Source: a bacterium
GTDB lineage: Bacteria; UBA8248
Reading direction: 5' to 3'
NCBI GenBank assembly: GCA_965221165.1
Contig: CBDCRP010000003.1
Location: forward strand, 1,888,001-1,952,000
Length of the DNA stretch: 64,000 nt
Positions 9,245 to 18,998 of the stretch are shown in pieces; the first letter of the stretch is position 1; the number at the start of each line of letters is the position of its first letter. The position numbers and the translations under genes are program-made. The notes under the pieces were generated by a model. The model searched no databases, was not told where the DNA came from, and saw only the letters and a list, made by a program, of their open reading frames with translations.

Positions 9245-10849
9245 CTAGGGGGAGAATGTGGACAATGCCGCTTCGGTGGCTTGCTTGGCGCCCTGCCTGA
9301 GAACCGCCGCCTGGCGAAGCGCTTCCACGTCCGCGCTCTCGGCGTCCTTCAAGACGGCCACGGCCAGTTCGAGGGCTGTGTCTTTTTTCTTGCCTTCCTT
9401 GCCTTCGGCCTTTTTCTCCTTCTTGTAGAGCGAAGTCTTCATCTCCTTCCTTCGCTCTCTGATCTCTTTCTGGGTGAGCGGCTGAGGCCCCGCCTCGATG
9501 TCGGGCTGAATGCCTTTCTCGTGGATCAGGCGCCCCAGCGGGGTGTAGTACTTCGCCGTCGTCAGCCTGAGCGCCGCCGCGCCCCTGGTGGGGATGATGG
9601 CCTGCACCGAGCCTTTGCCGAAACTGGTCCTGCCGATAATCAGGGCCCGATCCAAATCCTGCAAGGCTCCGGCCACGATCTCCGACGCGCTCGCGCTGCC
9701 CTTGTTGATCAGCACCACCAAGGGCCTGTCCAGCCATACGCCGTTCCCCCGAGCACGGAAATACACCGTCTCGCTGCGTCTGCGCCCCCGGGTGAAGACG
9801 ACCATACTCCCATTCGGCAGAAACCGCTCCGAAACCTCGACGGATTTGCTCAGAAAACCACCCGGATTATCGCGCAAGTCCAGCACGATTCCCCGCACTT
9901 TCTTGCGGATCAACTCGTTCAGGCCCTTATCGAACTCCCGCGTCGTCCGGCCATGAAAAGCCGTGATCCGCAAATAGCCGATCCCGCCTTCTTTCACCTC
10001 CGTCTTCACGCTGCGGATGCGAATGATGGCGCGGCGCAGCGACATATTGCGGGGCTTGGGCCAACTGGCGCGCGAAATCAGCAAATCCACCGTCTTGCCC
10101 GCGGGTCCTCTCATGCGGCGCACGACGTCGGCCAGCGGCATATCCGTCGTGGAGACGCCGTCGATTCCCAGGATCACGTCCTCCGGCTTGAGACCCGCGC
10201 GATGCGCGGGCGTGTCCTCGATGGGCGATATGACGGTGAGTTTCTTCTCCCGCACCGTGATGATGACCCCCACTCCGCCGTAGCGGCCCGTATGTTGCAC
10301 CCGCATCTGCTTATAGGCTTCGGGCGAGACGAACGCGCTGAAAGGATCCAGAGAACGCAACATGGACGAGAGAGCGGCGTACATGACGCGCAGACCGCCT
10401 TTTTTCTTCTTCTCCGACTTTTTCTCCGAATCCCCGGCATTCTCCATCACGAATCGATAGGCCCGCTCGAAAGAGCCCAGCCCGCCCTCGGTGTCGCCCC
10501 CGAGACGAATGCGCAACTCCTTCTCCTGCGCCTTGAGGAGAACCTCGCCTCCCGCCTTCTCCTCGAAGTCGAAGCGCCCATCGCCTGTCCTTTTCTTCAT
10601 GCCCTCGAGACCCGCGACGTACATTTTCCTGAAATCCGGGATGCGGGCATAATTATTGTCCACGAGCTGCACGGTCTCGTACAAAAGGGCAATGGCCTCT
10701 TCCTGATCGGAGGATAGTGAAAACACGAGGCTCGTGGAGAGCATCGCCCCTGAAAAGATGAGGCATACCGTGAGATGCTTCACGCGCCGGGCGGGAAAGC
10801 GGAGAAAATGGAAAAAGCGAATGCGCCTTATCGACATGGGCGTTTCCAA
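9245..10849 (-). CDS. ctpA: S41 family carboxy-terminal processing protease with PDZ domain
   Basis: LDPFS, PDZ region, LDLRDNPGG, SASASEIVAGALQD, SFGKGSVQ, TTAKYYTP. Confidence 0.94.
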   Translation of the reverse strand: METPMSIRRIRFFHFLRFPARRVKHLTVCLIFSGAMLSTSLVFSLSSDQEEAIALLYETVQLVDNNYARIPDFRKMYVAGLEGMKKRTGDGRFDFEEKAGGEVLLKAQEKELRIRLGGDTEGGLGSFERAYRFVMENAGDSEKKSEKKKKGGLRVMYAALSSMLRSLDPFSAFVSPEAYKQMRVQHTGRYGGVGVIITVREKKLTVISPIEDTPAHRAGLKPEDVILGIDGVSTTDMPLADVVRRMRGPAGKTVDLLISRASWPKPRNMSLRRAIIRIRSVKTEVKEGGIGYLRITAFHGRTTREFDKGLNELIRKKVRGIVLDLRDNPGGFLSKSVEVSERFLPNGSMVVFTRGRRRSETVYFRARGNGVWLDRPLVVLINKGSASASEIVAGALQDLDRALIIGRTSFGKGSVQAIIPTRGAAALRLTTAKYYTPLGRLIHEKGIQPDIEAGPQPLTQKEIRERRKEMKTSLYKKEKKAEGKEGKKKDTALELAVAVLKDAESADVEALRQAAVLRQGAKQATEAALSTFSP

Positions 10850-10963
10850 TCGTTAGGGTCAATCGGGTGGCCTTGCGGCGGGATTATCATATCATAGCCT
10901 TAGAAAATGTATCGCCCCCGCGCCCTGGCAGAGAAAAATGAATACCGCAAAAGGACCTACGCG

Positions 10964-11644
10964 ATGATCTCCATCGTCGTACCTATACTGAACGAAGCGC
11001 CGCGCCTGCCCGCCCTGTTCGATATGCTCGACGCCCAGCCGGGTGATAAGCAGACCATCCTCGCCGACGGGGGCAGCACGGATGAGGCGCGCGCCGTGGC
11101 GGGCGAGCGCGCCCTCATCGTCAAGTCGGAACCGGGCCGCGCGCGCCAGATGAATGCGGGCGCAGCCCTGGCGGAAGGCGAGACGATCCTGTTTCTTCAC
11201 TGCGACACGAGGCTGCCCGCCGGGGCGCTGCGGGAGATCGAGGACGTCATGCGCGCGGGCGATGTTTCGGGCGGGGGCTTTCTCCACAGCTTCGATCGCG
11301 AGGATCGCTTCACCCGCTTCATCAGCTTCAGCGCCAACACGCGCACGAGAATGGCGAAACTCTTTTTGGGCGATCAGTGTATCTTCATCCGGCGGGAGGT
11401 GTTCGAACGCATGGGCGGCTACGCCGAGATGCCGGTGTTCGAGGATTGGGACTTGAGCAGGAGGATGCGCGACTTCGGGCGCATGACCATCATCGAGACA
11501 CCCGTCGTCACGAGCGGGAGGCGCATCGACACATGGGGGAAGCCCAAATGCTTCATCATCTGGTGGGGCTTGAGCATCCTCTTCGCGCTGGGGGTCTCGT
11601 CCGAGCGTCTCGGCCGATACTACGCCCACGTGCGCGATTCGTGA
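10964..11644 (+). CDS. GT2 glycosyltransferase (TIGR04283-like, rSAM/selenodomain-associated transferase 2)
   Basis: ISIVVPILNE, DGGSTD, GRARQMNAGA, LFLHCDT, GDQCIF, FEDWD, TSGRR. Confidence 0.85.
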   Translation: MISIVVPILNEAPRLPALFDMLDAQPGDKQTILADGGSTDEARAVAGERALIVKSEPGRARQMNAGAALAEGETILFLHCDTRLPAGALREIEDVMRAGDVSGGGFLHSFDREDRFTRFISFSANTRTRMAKLFLGDQCIFIRREVFERMGGYAEMPVFEDWDLSRRMRDFGRMTIIETPVVTSGRRIDTWGKPKCFIIWWGLSILFALGVSSERLGRYYAHVRDS

Positions 11645-11798
11645 TGCGCTCATTTTCACGGATGACTCCTTGCATCCTACCGCCCAAGAAATGATATATT
11701 GCTCCCCGATTTCATCATCCATTCGCATATAGCGATTCAAAAACCTCATCCGCGCGGGCACATGCTAGCCGGGCGCGGGTGAGCGGGGGAGGCCAGGG

Positions 11799-13865
11799 AT
11801 GCGATTCGCGGTCGATACGGGCGGAACCTTCACCGACCTCGTGCTGGAGGACAATCGGGGCCGCCTCCACATGTTCAAGGCCCCCACGACGCCACACGAT
11901 CCGGTGGAGGGTATCCTCGCGGCGATCGAGGCCGCCGCAGAAGCGCTCTCGACGAGCACCCGCGAACTCCTCGCCCAGGGCGAGCTCTTCATCCACGGCA
12001 CCACCCACGCCACCAACGCCATCGTGACGGGCAACACCGCCAGGACCGCCTTTCTCACCACGGAGGGACATCCCGACATTCTCGTGCTGCGCGAGGGCGG
12101 GCGCATGGAGCCGTTCAACTTCCTGGTGCCGTTTCCGAAACCCTACGTCCCGCGCGCGCTCACCTACGAGGTGCACGAGCGCATCGGCGCGGACGGAAGC
12201 GTGTACGAACCGCTGGATGAGGCGGGCGTTCTCACCATCATCGAGGAGTTGAAAGAAAAAGAGGTGGAGGCCGTGGCCGTTTCTCTATTGTGGTCCACCG
12301 TGAACCCGGCGCACGAAATCGGCGTGGGCGAATTGCTGAATAAACATTTGAAGGACGTTCCCTTCACCCTCTCCCACGTCTTAAACCCCATTCTCCGCGA
12401 ATACCGCCGCGCGTCTTCGACCTGCATCGACGCCTCCTTGAAACCCTTGATGTCCCGCTACATCGGCGGCTTGCAGGAGAGGCTAAAGACAGCGGGCTTC
12501 GGCGGGAGGCTTTTGATGCTCACCTCGAAGGGCGGGGTGATGGACGCGGGCGAACTCGCGGAAGCGCCCATCCACTCGGTGGGTTCGGGACCGTCGATGG
12601 CGCCCATCGCGGGCAGGCATTTTTCGCGCGCCGACGCCAGGGCCGCCACGGCGATAGTGGCCGACACCGGCGGCACCACGTATGACGTGAGCCTCGTGCG
12701 CCGGGGCGAGATACCCATGTCGCCAGAAACCTGGCTCGGCCAGCGCTACAGGGGACACATTCTGGGCTTTCCCTCCGTGGACGTGAAGAGCATCGGCGCA
12801 GGAGGAGGGAGCATCGCCTGGGTCGATGAGGGCGGACTCTTACACGTGGGGCCGCAGAGCGCAGGCGCGGAACCGGGGCCCGCCTGCTACGGACGGGGCG
12901 GCACGCGCCCCACCCTCACGGACGCCTCTTTGGTGCTGGGCCACATCGACCCGGACTACTTCCTGGGCGGCGCGATGACGCTCGACCCCTCCCAAGCCGA
13001 GAAAGCCATATCGAAAGACGTGGCCGAACCTCTGGGGCTATCCCTTCAAGAGGCGGCCTCGGCCATCCTGCGTCTCGCGACGGAGAACATGGTGGGCGCC
13101 ATCGAGGAGATCACCATCCACCAGGGCATCGACCCCAGGGGCGCGGTCTTGATCGGCGGCGGAGGGGCTGCGGGACTCAACTCCGTGGCCATCGCCAAGC
13201 GCCTGGGCTGCCAGGGACTCGTCATCCCCGAGGTGGGCGCTGCCCTCTCCGCAGCGGGCGCGATGATGAGCGATTTGCACGCCGATTACCGCTCGATGTT
13301 CTTCACCATCACGGACAGGTTCGACTTCAAGGGTGCGAACGCAGTTTTAAGAAAACTGGACGAGCGATGCCGCGCCTTCATCCGGGGTCCGGGCAAGGGG
13401 GCGGTGGAGAGCGCAACCGAGTTCTACGTCGAGGCGCGCTACAAGCACCAGATATGGGAGATCGATTTGGGGCTGCCCATCAACCGGTTCCGCTCGAAAA
13501 AAGACGTGGAGAGCGCGCGCGCGGCGTTCGACGAAGTGCACGAGGAGGTGTTCGCCTTCCGCGATCCGTCCTCGGAGGTGGAATTCGTCGGCTGGCGCGC
13601 CGTGGCGCGGTGTAAACTGAGAAAAGGCCGTCTCGGCAGGCTCGTGCGCGAGGCGATCCATGAGACGACGCTGCCCAAGAGGCGCAAGGCCTATTTCGCG
13701 GGCAAAGGACTCGTGAACGCCCGCGTGGCGGCGTTTGATTCCATGAAGCCGGGTGAGGCGATGCGCGGCCCGGCCATCATCGAATCGCCGTTCACGACGG
13801 TGGTCATCGACCCCGGCGCCAAGGCCGAACGCACGAGAAGCGGCAGCCTCTTCATCACGCTCTAG
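11799..13865 (+). CDS. Hydantoinase/5-oxoprolinase subunit A (ATP-binding)
   Basis: DTGGTFTD, HGTTHATNA, SGPS, DTGGTTYD, IGAGGGSIA, GPQSAGAEPGPACY. Confidence 0.95.
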   Translation: MRFAVDTGGTFTDLVLEDNRGRLHMFKAPTTPHDPVEGILAAIEAAAEALSTSTRELLAQGELFIHGTTHATNAIVTGNTARTAFLTTEGHPDILVLREGGRMEPFNFLVPFPKPYVPRALTYEVHERIGADGSVYEPLDEAGVLTIIEELKEKEVEAVAVSLLWSTVNPAHEIGVGELLNKHLKDVPFTLSHVLNPILREYRRASSTCIDASLKPLMSRYIGGLQERLKTAGFGGRLLMLTSKGGVMDAGELAEAPIHSVGSGPSMAPIAGRHFSRADARAATAIVADTGGTTYDVSLVRRGEIPMSPETWLGQRYRGHILGFPSVDVKSIGAGGGSIAWVDEGGLLHVGPQSAGAEPGPACYGRGGTRPTLTDASLVLGHIDPDYFLGGAMTLDPSQAEKAISKDVAEPLGLSLQEAASAILRLATENMVGAIEEITIHQGIDPRGAVLIGGGGAAGLNSVAIAKRLGCQGLVIPEVGAALSAAGAMMSDLHADYRSMFFTITDRFDFKGANAVLRKLDERCRAFIRGPGKGAVESATEFYVEARYKHQIWEIDLGLPINRFRSKKDVESARAAFDEVHEEVFAFRDPSSEVEFVGWRAVARCKLRKGRLGRLVREAIHETTLPKRRKAYFAGKGLVNARVAAFDSMKPGEAMRGPAIIESPFTTVVIDPGAKAERTRSGSLFITL

Positions 13866-13874
13866 GAGCAGGAT

Positions 13875-15677
13875 ATGGCGAGAGCAAAAACCGGACGCGC
13901 GAAGCAAAAGACCAAACTAGACCCCATCACCCTGGCCGTGCTGCACAAGCGTTTCGACGCCGTGACGACCAAAATGGCGAACACTCTCTTGCGCACGGGC
14001 CGCTCGGGCGTGTTGAATCTGGCGCGCGATTTTTCCACCTCCGTCGTGACGCGCGACTGCGAACTCCTGACGGGCGCGGAATCACTCCCCATCCACCATT
14101 TGAGCGGGGCGGACCTGATGGCCCGCTCGATGATGGATTTACACCCGGACCTCAAGCGAGGCGACGCCTATCTGCACAACTCGCCCTACCACGGCTGCTC
14201 GCATCCTGCGGATCACACCATCCTCGTGCCCGTCATCGACAAGAAGGGCGTCCATCAGTTCACCGTGTGGGTGAAGGCCCACCAGGCGGATTGCGGGTGC
14301 AGCCAGCCCACCACCTACATGGGCCACGCGCGCGACGTATATGAGGAGGGCGCGCTCATCTTCCCGCCCACCAAGGTGCAGACGAACTACGAGGACAACG
14401 AGGATTTCATCAACTTCTGCCGGATGCGCATCCGCGTGCCGGAGCAGTGGTACGGCGATTACCTCGCCATGATAGGCGCAGCGCGAATCGGCGAGCGCGA
14501 GGTGCTCGCCATGAGCGATGAATACGGCTGGGAGACGCTCCACGATTTCTCCAAAGAGTGGTTCGACTACAGCGAGAAACTCATGATCTCCGCCATCCGC
14601 AAGCTGCCCACAGGGGAGGCCACCGCCCACAGCACGCACGACCCCGTGCCCGGAACGCCGGATGAGGGAATCCCCATCACCGCGCACGTCCGGATCGACA
14701 ACAAGAAGGCCACCATCGAGGTGGATTTGCGCGACAACCCCGACGCCATGCCCTGCGGCCTCAACCTGAGCGAGGCCTGCGCGCGCACGGGCGCGATGAT
14801 AGGCGTGTTCAACAGCATCGACGACATCGTGCCCACGAACGCGGGCAGCTTCCGCCGCGTGAACGTGCTGATTCGCGATGGCTCCGTCGCGGGCGGGGGC
14901 AAGCACCCCACTTCCATGTCCGTTGCCACCACCAACCTGGCCGACCGCGTGACGAACCCCGTGCAGCGCGCGTTCTCGAAGATTCAGGACGGCATCGGCC
15001 TGGCGGAGTGCGGGCCGATTTTCCCGGCCTCGATGGGCGTCATCTCGGGCTTCGACCCCAGGAATGACAACGAGCCGTTCGTGAACCATCTTTTCCTAAT
15101 GGTCACCGGGGGAGCCGGGGCGGGCAAGACGGACGCCTGGCTCACGATTCTGCACGCGGGCAACGCAGGCATGTGCTTCGTGGACAGCATCGAACTGGAC
15201 GAACTCCACTTTCCCATCTACATCAAAACCAGAAGGCTCATGCCCGATACCGAGGGCGCGGGCAGGACGATAGGCGCGCCTTCTGGCTATTGCGAATACG
15301 GCCCCGTGGGCGGGGGGGACCTGGAAGTCGTCTACGTGTCGGACGGCGCGGTAAATGCTTCCAAGGGTACGCTCGGCGGGCTGAACGGGGCGGTTTGCCA
15401 GAACTTCCTCATGCGCGAGGACGGGTCTCTGGAGGATCTGCCCGGCTGTGCGGACATCATCCTGAAACCCGGCGAGAACGTGGCTTCTTACTGCACGGGC
15501 GGGGGCGGCTACGGCCCGCCGCACGAGCGGCCCGTCGAAAAGGTGCAAAACGACGTGGAGGAGAAGTGGATCACCAAAGAGCGCGCCTGGAAGGTCTACG
15601 GCGTCGCCATCGACGAGGCGGGCGAGGTGGATGAGGCCAGGACCAAGCGGAGAAGGAAGAGGCTGAGCTCAGCATAA
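13875..15677 (+). CDS. Hydantoinase B/oxoprolinase subunit
   Basis: LDPITLAV, NSPYHGCSHPAD, KAHQADCG, C-terminal GGGGYGPP; AGGAG RBS. Confidence 0.95.
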   Translation: MARAKTGRAKQKTKLDPITLAVLHKRFDAVTTKMANTLLRTGRSGVLNLARDFSTSVVTRDCELLTGAESLPIHHLSGADLMARSMMDLHPDLKRGDAYLHNSPYHGCSHPADHTILVPVIDKKGVHQFTVWVKAHQADCGCSQPTTYMGHARDVYEEGALIFPPTKVQTNYEDNEDFINFCRMRIRVPEQWYGDYLAMIGAARIGEREVLAMSDEYGWETLHDFSKEWFDYSEKLMISAIRKLPTGEATAHSTHDPVPGTPDEGIPITAHVRIDNKKATIEVDLRDNPDAMPCGLNLSEACARTGAMIGVFNSIDDIVPTNAGSFRRVNVLIRDGSVAGGGKHPTSMSVATTNLADRVTNPVQRAFSKIQDGIGLAECGPIFPASMGVISGFDPRNDNEPFVNHLFLMVTGGAGAGKTDAWLTILHAGNAGMCFVDSIELDELHFPIYIKTRRLMPDTEGAGRTIGAPSGYCEYGPVGGGDLEVVYVSDGAVNASKGTLGGLNGAVCQNFLMREDGSLEDLPGCADIILKPGENVASYCTGGGGYGPPHERPVEKVQNDVEEKWITKERAWKVYGVAIDEAGEVDEARTKRRRKRLSSA

Positions 15678-15732
15678 AACTTTTCCGGGATTACATAGAA
15701 AACACGGGAAACCGCAGGGGGAGGAGATACCC

Positions 15733-16476
15733 ATGAAGCTAAAGGACAAGGTCGCCATCGTCACCGGCGGCTCGCAGGGAATCGGCGAGGCCGTCTGCCG
15801 ACGCTTCGCGGAAGAGGGCGCCAAGGTCGCCATCGTGAACCGAACGGCGGAAAAAGGAGAGGCGCTTGCGGCGGAGATCGGCGAGGCGGCCAAGGCGTTT
15901 CCGTGCGACGTATCGAACAAGGCGGCCGTGGACGCCATGGTGGCGGCCGTGGTGGATGCGTTCGGCACGGTGGACATCCTCGTCGGCAACGCCGGCATCA
16001 TGATCAACAAGGAACTCGAAGACTACAGCGAGCAGGAGTGGGACGACACCATCGACATCAATCTCAAGGGCAACTTCCTGCTCTCACAGGCCATCGTCCC
16101 CATCATGAAGGAGAAGAAGTACGGGAAGATCATCTTCGTCGCCTCCATCGCCGCCACGCACGCCTTTCCCAACGCGGTGCCCTATTGCGCGAGCAAGGGC
16201 GGGGTCTACATGGTCACGCGCGCGCTTGCGGCGGAGATTTCGAAATGCGGCATCAACGTGAACTGCATCTCGCCGGGCAACACGGCCACGCCGCTGAACC
16301 AGCACCTACAGGACGACCCCGAGTTCGTGAAGCTCATGGCGAGCTACACGCCCACGGGCCGGGCGTACATATCGACGGCGGAGATGGCGGGCGCGGCGGT
16401 GTTCCTGGCGTCAGACGACGCGAGCGCGGTGCACGGCCTCGACCTGATCGTGGACGACGGCTGGTGCGCGATTTAA
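15733..16476 (+). CDS. Short-chain dehydrogenase/reductase (FabG-like)
   Basis: TGGSQGIG, GNAG, YCASKGG, VNCISPG. Confidence 0.93.
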   Translation: MKLKDKVAIVTGGSQGIGEAVCRRFAEEGAKVAIVNRTAEKGEALAAEIGEAAKAFPCDVSNKAAVDAMVAAVVDAFGTVDILVGNAGIMINKELEDYSEQEWDDTIDINLKGNFLLSQAIVPIMKEKKYGKIIFVASIAATHAFPNAVPYCASKGGVYMVTRALAAEISKCGINVNCISPGNTATPLNQHLQDDPEFVKLMASYTPTGRAYISTAEMAGAAVFLASDDASAVHGLDLIVDDGWCAI

Positions 16477-16496
16477 GCCGGGGTTGAAAAACCGCG

Positions 16497-17402
16497 ATGC
16501 CAGGCGCGCTCAAATCGCTCAGAACCCCCGCGCTCGAAATCGGCTATCAAGAGGCGGGCGATGAAACAGCGCCGTCCGTCATCCTCGTGCACGGCTTTCC
16601 CGACGATGCGAAAACGTGGGACCGCGTCGTCCCCATCCTGAACGATGCGGGCCTGAGGACGCTTTGCCCCTACGTGCGCGGCTACGGACCGACGCGGTTC
16701 TTAGACCCAGCGACGCCCAGAAGCGCCCAGTACACCGCCATCGCCTCCGACATCACGGCTTTTGCCGACGCACTGGGGCTCGAACGCTTCACGCTCGTGG
16801 GGCACGACTGGGGCGCGCGCGCTTCTTATTGCGTAGCGGCCATGCATCCCAAGCGGCTGAACGCCCTCATCGTGAGTCCTGCGGGCTACGGCACGGGACG
16901 CCCCCAGCAGCGGATGTCGGTCGATCAGGTGCGCGCGTACTGGTATCAATGGTTTTTCTGCACCGAACGCGGACGCGATGCGCTCGGAGCGGACGCCGCC
17001 GGTTTTTGCCGCGAACTCTGGCGCACATGGTCGCCGGGCTGGAACTTTTCGGACGCTGAATTCGAGGCGACGGCGCAATCCTTCGATAATCCCGATTTCT
17101 TGGGAATAGTCATGCATTCGTATCGCTACCGGTGGGGATACGAAAAACCAGACCCCAGGTATGAGGACGCGGAAAGTTTCATGCGCGGTCTGCCCGCCAT
17201 ATCGACGCCGACCGTTCTCATACAAGGCGCCGAAGACGGGGCGTCGCGGCCCGAGAGCTCGGAGGGTAAGGAAGGACATTTCACAGGCGGGTACCGGAGG
17301 ATTCTGGTGGAGGGCGCGGGGCACTTCGCCCAGCGCGAGAAGCCGGAGGTCTTCGCCGCCGCCATTCTGGAAATTGCGAAAAGAGCCCTGAATAATGGAT
17401 GA
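16497..17402 (+). CDS. Alpha/beta hydrolase, epoxide-hydrolase-like
   Basis: HGFPD oxyanion motif, GHDWGA (Asp nucleophile), GAGHF. Confidence 0.9.
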   Translation: MPGALKSLRTPALEIGYQEAGDETAPSVILVHGFPDDAKTWDRVVPILNDAGLRTLCPYVRGYGPTRFLDPATPRSAQYTAIASDITAFADALGLERFTLVGHDWGARASYCVAAMHPKRLNALIVSPAGYGTGRPQQRMSVDQVRAYWYQWFFCTERGRDALGADAAGFCRELWRTWSPGWNFSDAEFEATAQSFDNPDFLGIVMHSYRYRWGYEKPDPRYEDAESFMRGLPAISTPTVLIQGAEDGASRPESSEGKEGHFTGGYRRILVEGAGHFAQREKPEVFAAAILEIAKRALNNG

Positions 17403-18291
17403 AAAGAGCGCGTTTTATATCTGCTACGTGAACGGCGAATACGTTACAGCCTCTGAGGCCAAGGTCTCCGCCTTCGACCACGGGTTTCTCTACGGGGACG
17501 GTCTTTTCGAGTCCATGACGGTGACGAACCGGCGCATTTTCAAATTCGACGAGCATCTTGACCGCATGGAACGCTCCGCGCGCGTGCTCAAGCTCGAACC
17601 CCCCGAGACGCGCAAGCGAATCGCCGAGATCGTGAAGGAATGCGTCCGAAGGTCCGGGGTGGACGACGTCTACCTGCGCGTCGTCATCTCGCGTGGGGCG
17701 GGCTACCCCCTGCTCGACCCGAGGGTAGTGGATAAGGCGACGCTCGCCGTGCTCCTGCACGACCCCGCCCCGCCGCCCGAGACGGGTTCGAGCTACAAGG
17801 CGAAGGGTGCGGGCCTGAGACTCAAGACGGCGGGTGTTCGCAAAGCGCCTTCCGAGTCCTTCGAGGCGCGCGTGAAATCGCTGAATTACCTCAACAACGT
17901 GATGGCGAGAATAGAAGCCGTCGAATCGGGATTCGATGAGGCGATTCTCCTCGACGTGCGCGGCTTCGTTGCGGAGGCCCCGGGGGAGAACGTCTTCGTC
18001 GTGAAGGACGGCGTCTTAAGAACGCCCAAGGCGCACAACGTGCTGGACGGCATCACCAGAAAAACCGTGCTCGAAATCGCCGCCGAGGCGGGGATTCCGG
18101 CGGAGGAGGCGGACCTCACGCTCTATGATCTCTACACGGCGGATGAGTGTTTTCTCACCTCATCCTTCAGCCGGGTGCACGCGGTGGCCGAGGTGGACGG
18201 GCGGCCCATTCCGGCGCCCGGCCCCATCACGCAAAAGCTGCGCGCCGATATTCTCGAGATGGAAAGAACACAAGGCGAGCCGATAGACTAA
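17395..18291 (+). CDS. PLP fold-type IV aminotransferase (BCAT-like)
   Basis: DHGFLYGDGLFE, HLDR, YLR, VKSLNY, EAPGENVF, LDGITR, LYTADECF. Confidence 0.92.
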   Translation: MDEKSAFYICYVNGEYVTASEAKVSAFDHGFLYGDGLFESMTVTNRRIFKFDEHLDRMERSARVLKLEPPETRKRIAEIVKECVRRSGVDDVYLRVVISRGAGYPLLDPRVVDKATLAVLLHDPAPPPETGSSYKAKGAGLRLKTAGVRKAPSESFEARVKSLNYLNNVMARIEAVESGFDEAILLDVRGFVAEAPGENVFVVKDGVLRTPKAHNVLDGITRKTVLEIAAEAGIPAEEADLTLYDLYTADECFLTSSFSRVHAVAEVDGRPIPAPGPITQKLRADILEMERTQGEPID

Positions 18292-18344
18292 AGGCCTGTA
18301 TGCCGGTGCGAGCCGGGTCATGACAATCAAGGAGAAAGAGGAAA

Positions 18345-18680
18345 GTGGCGACGATGGTTGATTTCGACAAGCTGGACATCCGCCTGGGGCGCATCGTCGA
18401 GGCGGCGGATTTCCCCGAGGCGCGAAAACCGGCTTATAAACTCAGGATTGATTTCGGGGATGAGATAGGCGTCAAGAAATCATCCGCCCAACTCGTCGCG
18501 CTTTATTCCAAAGAAGAACTCGAGGGAAAACTCGTGCTCGGCGTGGTGAATTTTCCGCTGAGGCAGATTGGCCCTTTCATCTCGGAAGTCCTCACGCTCG
18601 GCGTGCCGGACGAGAGGGGCGAGGTAGTGCTCATCGCGCCGGATGATAAAGGCGCGCGTATCGGCGGGCGGTTGTTTTAG
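18345..18680 (+). CDS. csaA: CsaA / tRNA-binding OB-fold protein
   Basis: FPEARKPAYKLRIDFG, KKSSAQ, VVNFP, SEVLTLG. Confidence 0.93.
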   Translation: MATMVDFDKLDIRLGRIVEAADFPEARKPAYKLRIDFGDEIGVKKSSAQLVALYSKEELEGKLVLGVVNFPLRQIGPFISEVLTLGVPDERGEVVLIAPDDKGARIGGRLF

Positions 18681-18682
18681 GT

Positions 18683-18972
18683 CGAATCCGACCGAGGAGG
18701 AAGGATTCGCCGACCGGGGAGAGTCACTTCTCGTAGGGGCGGACCTATGCGTCCGTCCGCATGTCGTTTTAGTTGTCAAACCGGTTGTAGGGGACGCATA
18801 TATGCGTCCCGTGGTTTGACGGCCAAAGACAAAGGGACGCATGTATGCGTCCCCTACACTCCAAATGACCTGTTCGGGATGTTCGACCGATAGAGCAACA
18901 GATATGTGTACCCTCCCGTCTCAGACGGCGAACCCTCCTTCCTCAGTCGGGTTCGACCCTCAAGGGGGGAGT
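18683..18972. repeat. Intergenic repeat cluster: GTAG-type REPs flanked by two oppositely oriented 27-nt hairpin modules
   Basis: GTAGGGGCGGACCTATGCGTCCGTCC, GTAGGGGACGCATATATGCGTCCC and the inverse GGGACGCATGTATGCGTCCCTAC; hairpin modules at 18683-18709 (+) and 18929-18955 (-). Confidence 0.85.
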
Positions 18973-18998
18973 GAATCGAGAAGCCGCGGGCGGTTGTT

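Noticed and set aside
9128-10717. Long antisense ORFs (also 1367-2302, 21274-22323, 22494-23675, 34928-36349, 57804-59180)
   Set aside because: Shadow frames of well-supported genes on the other strand, expected in high-GC DNA, with no motifs.
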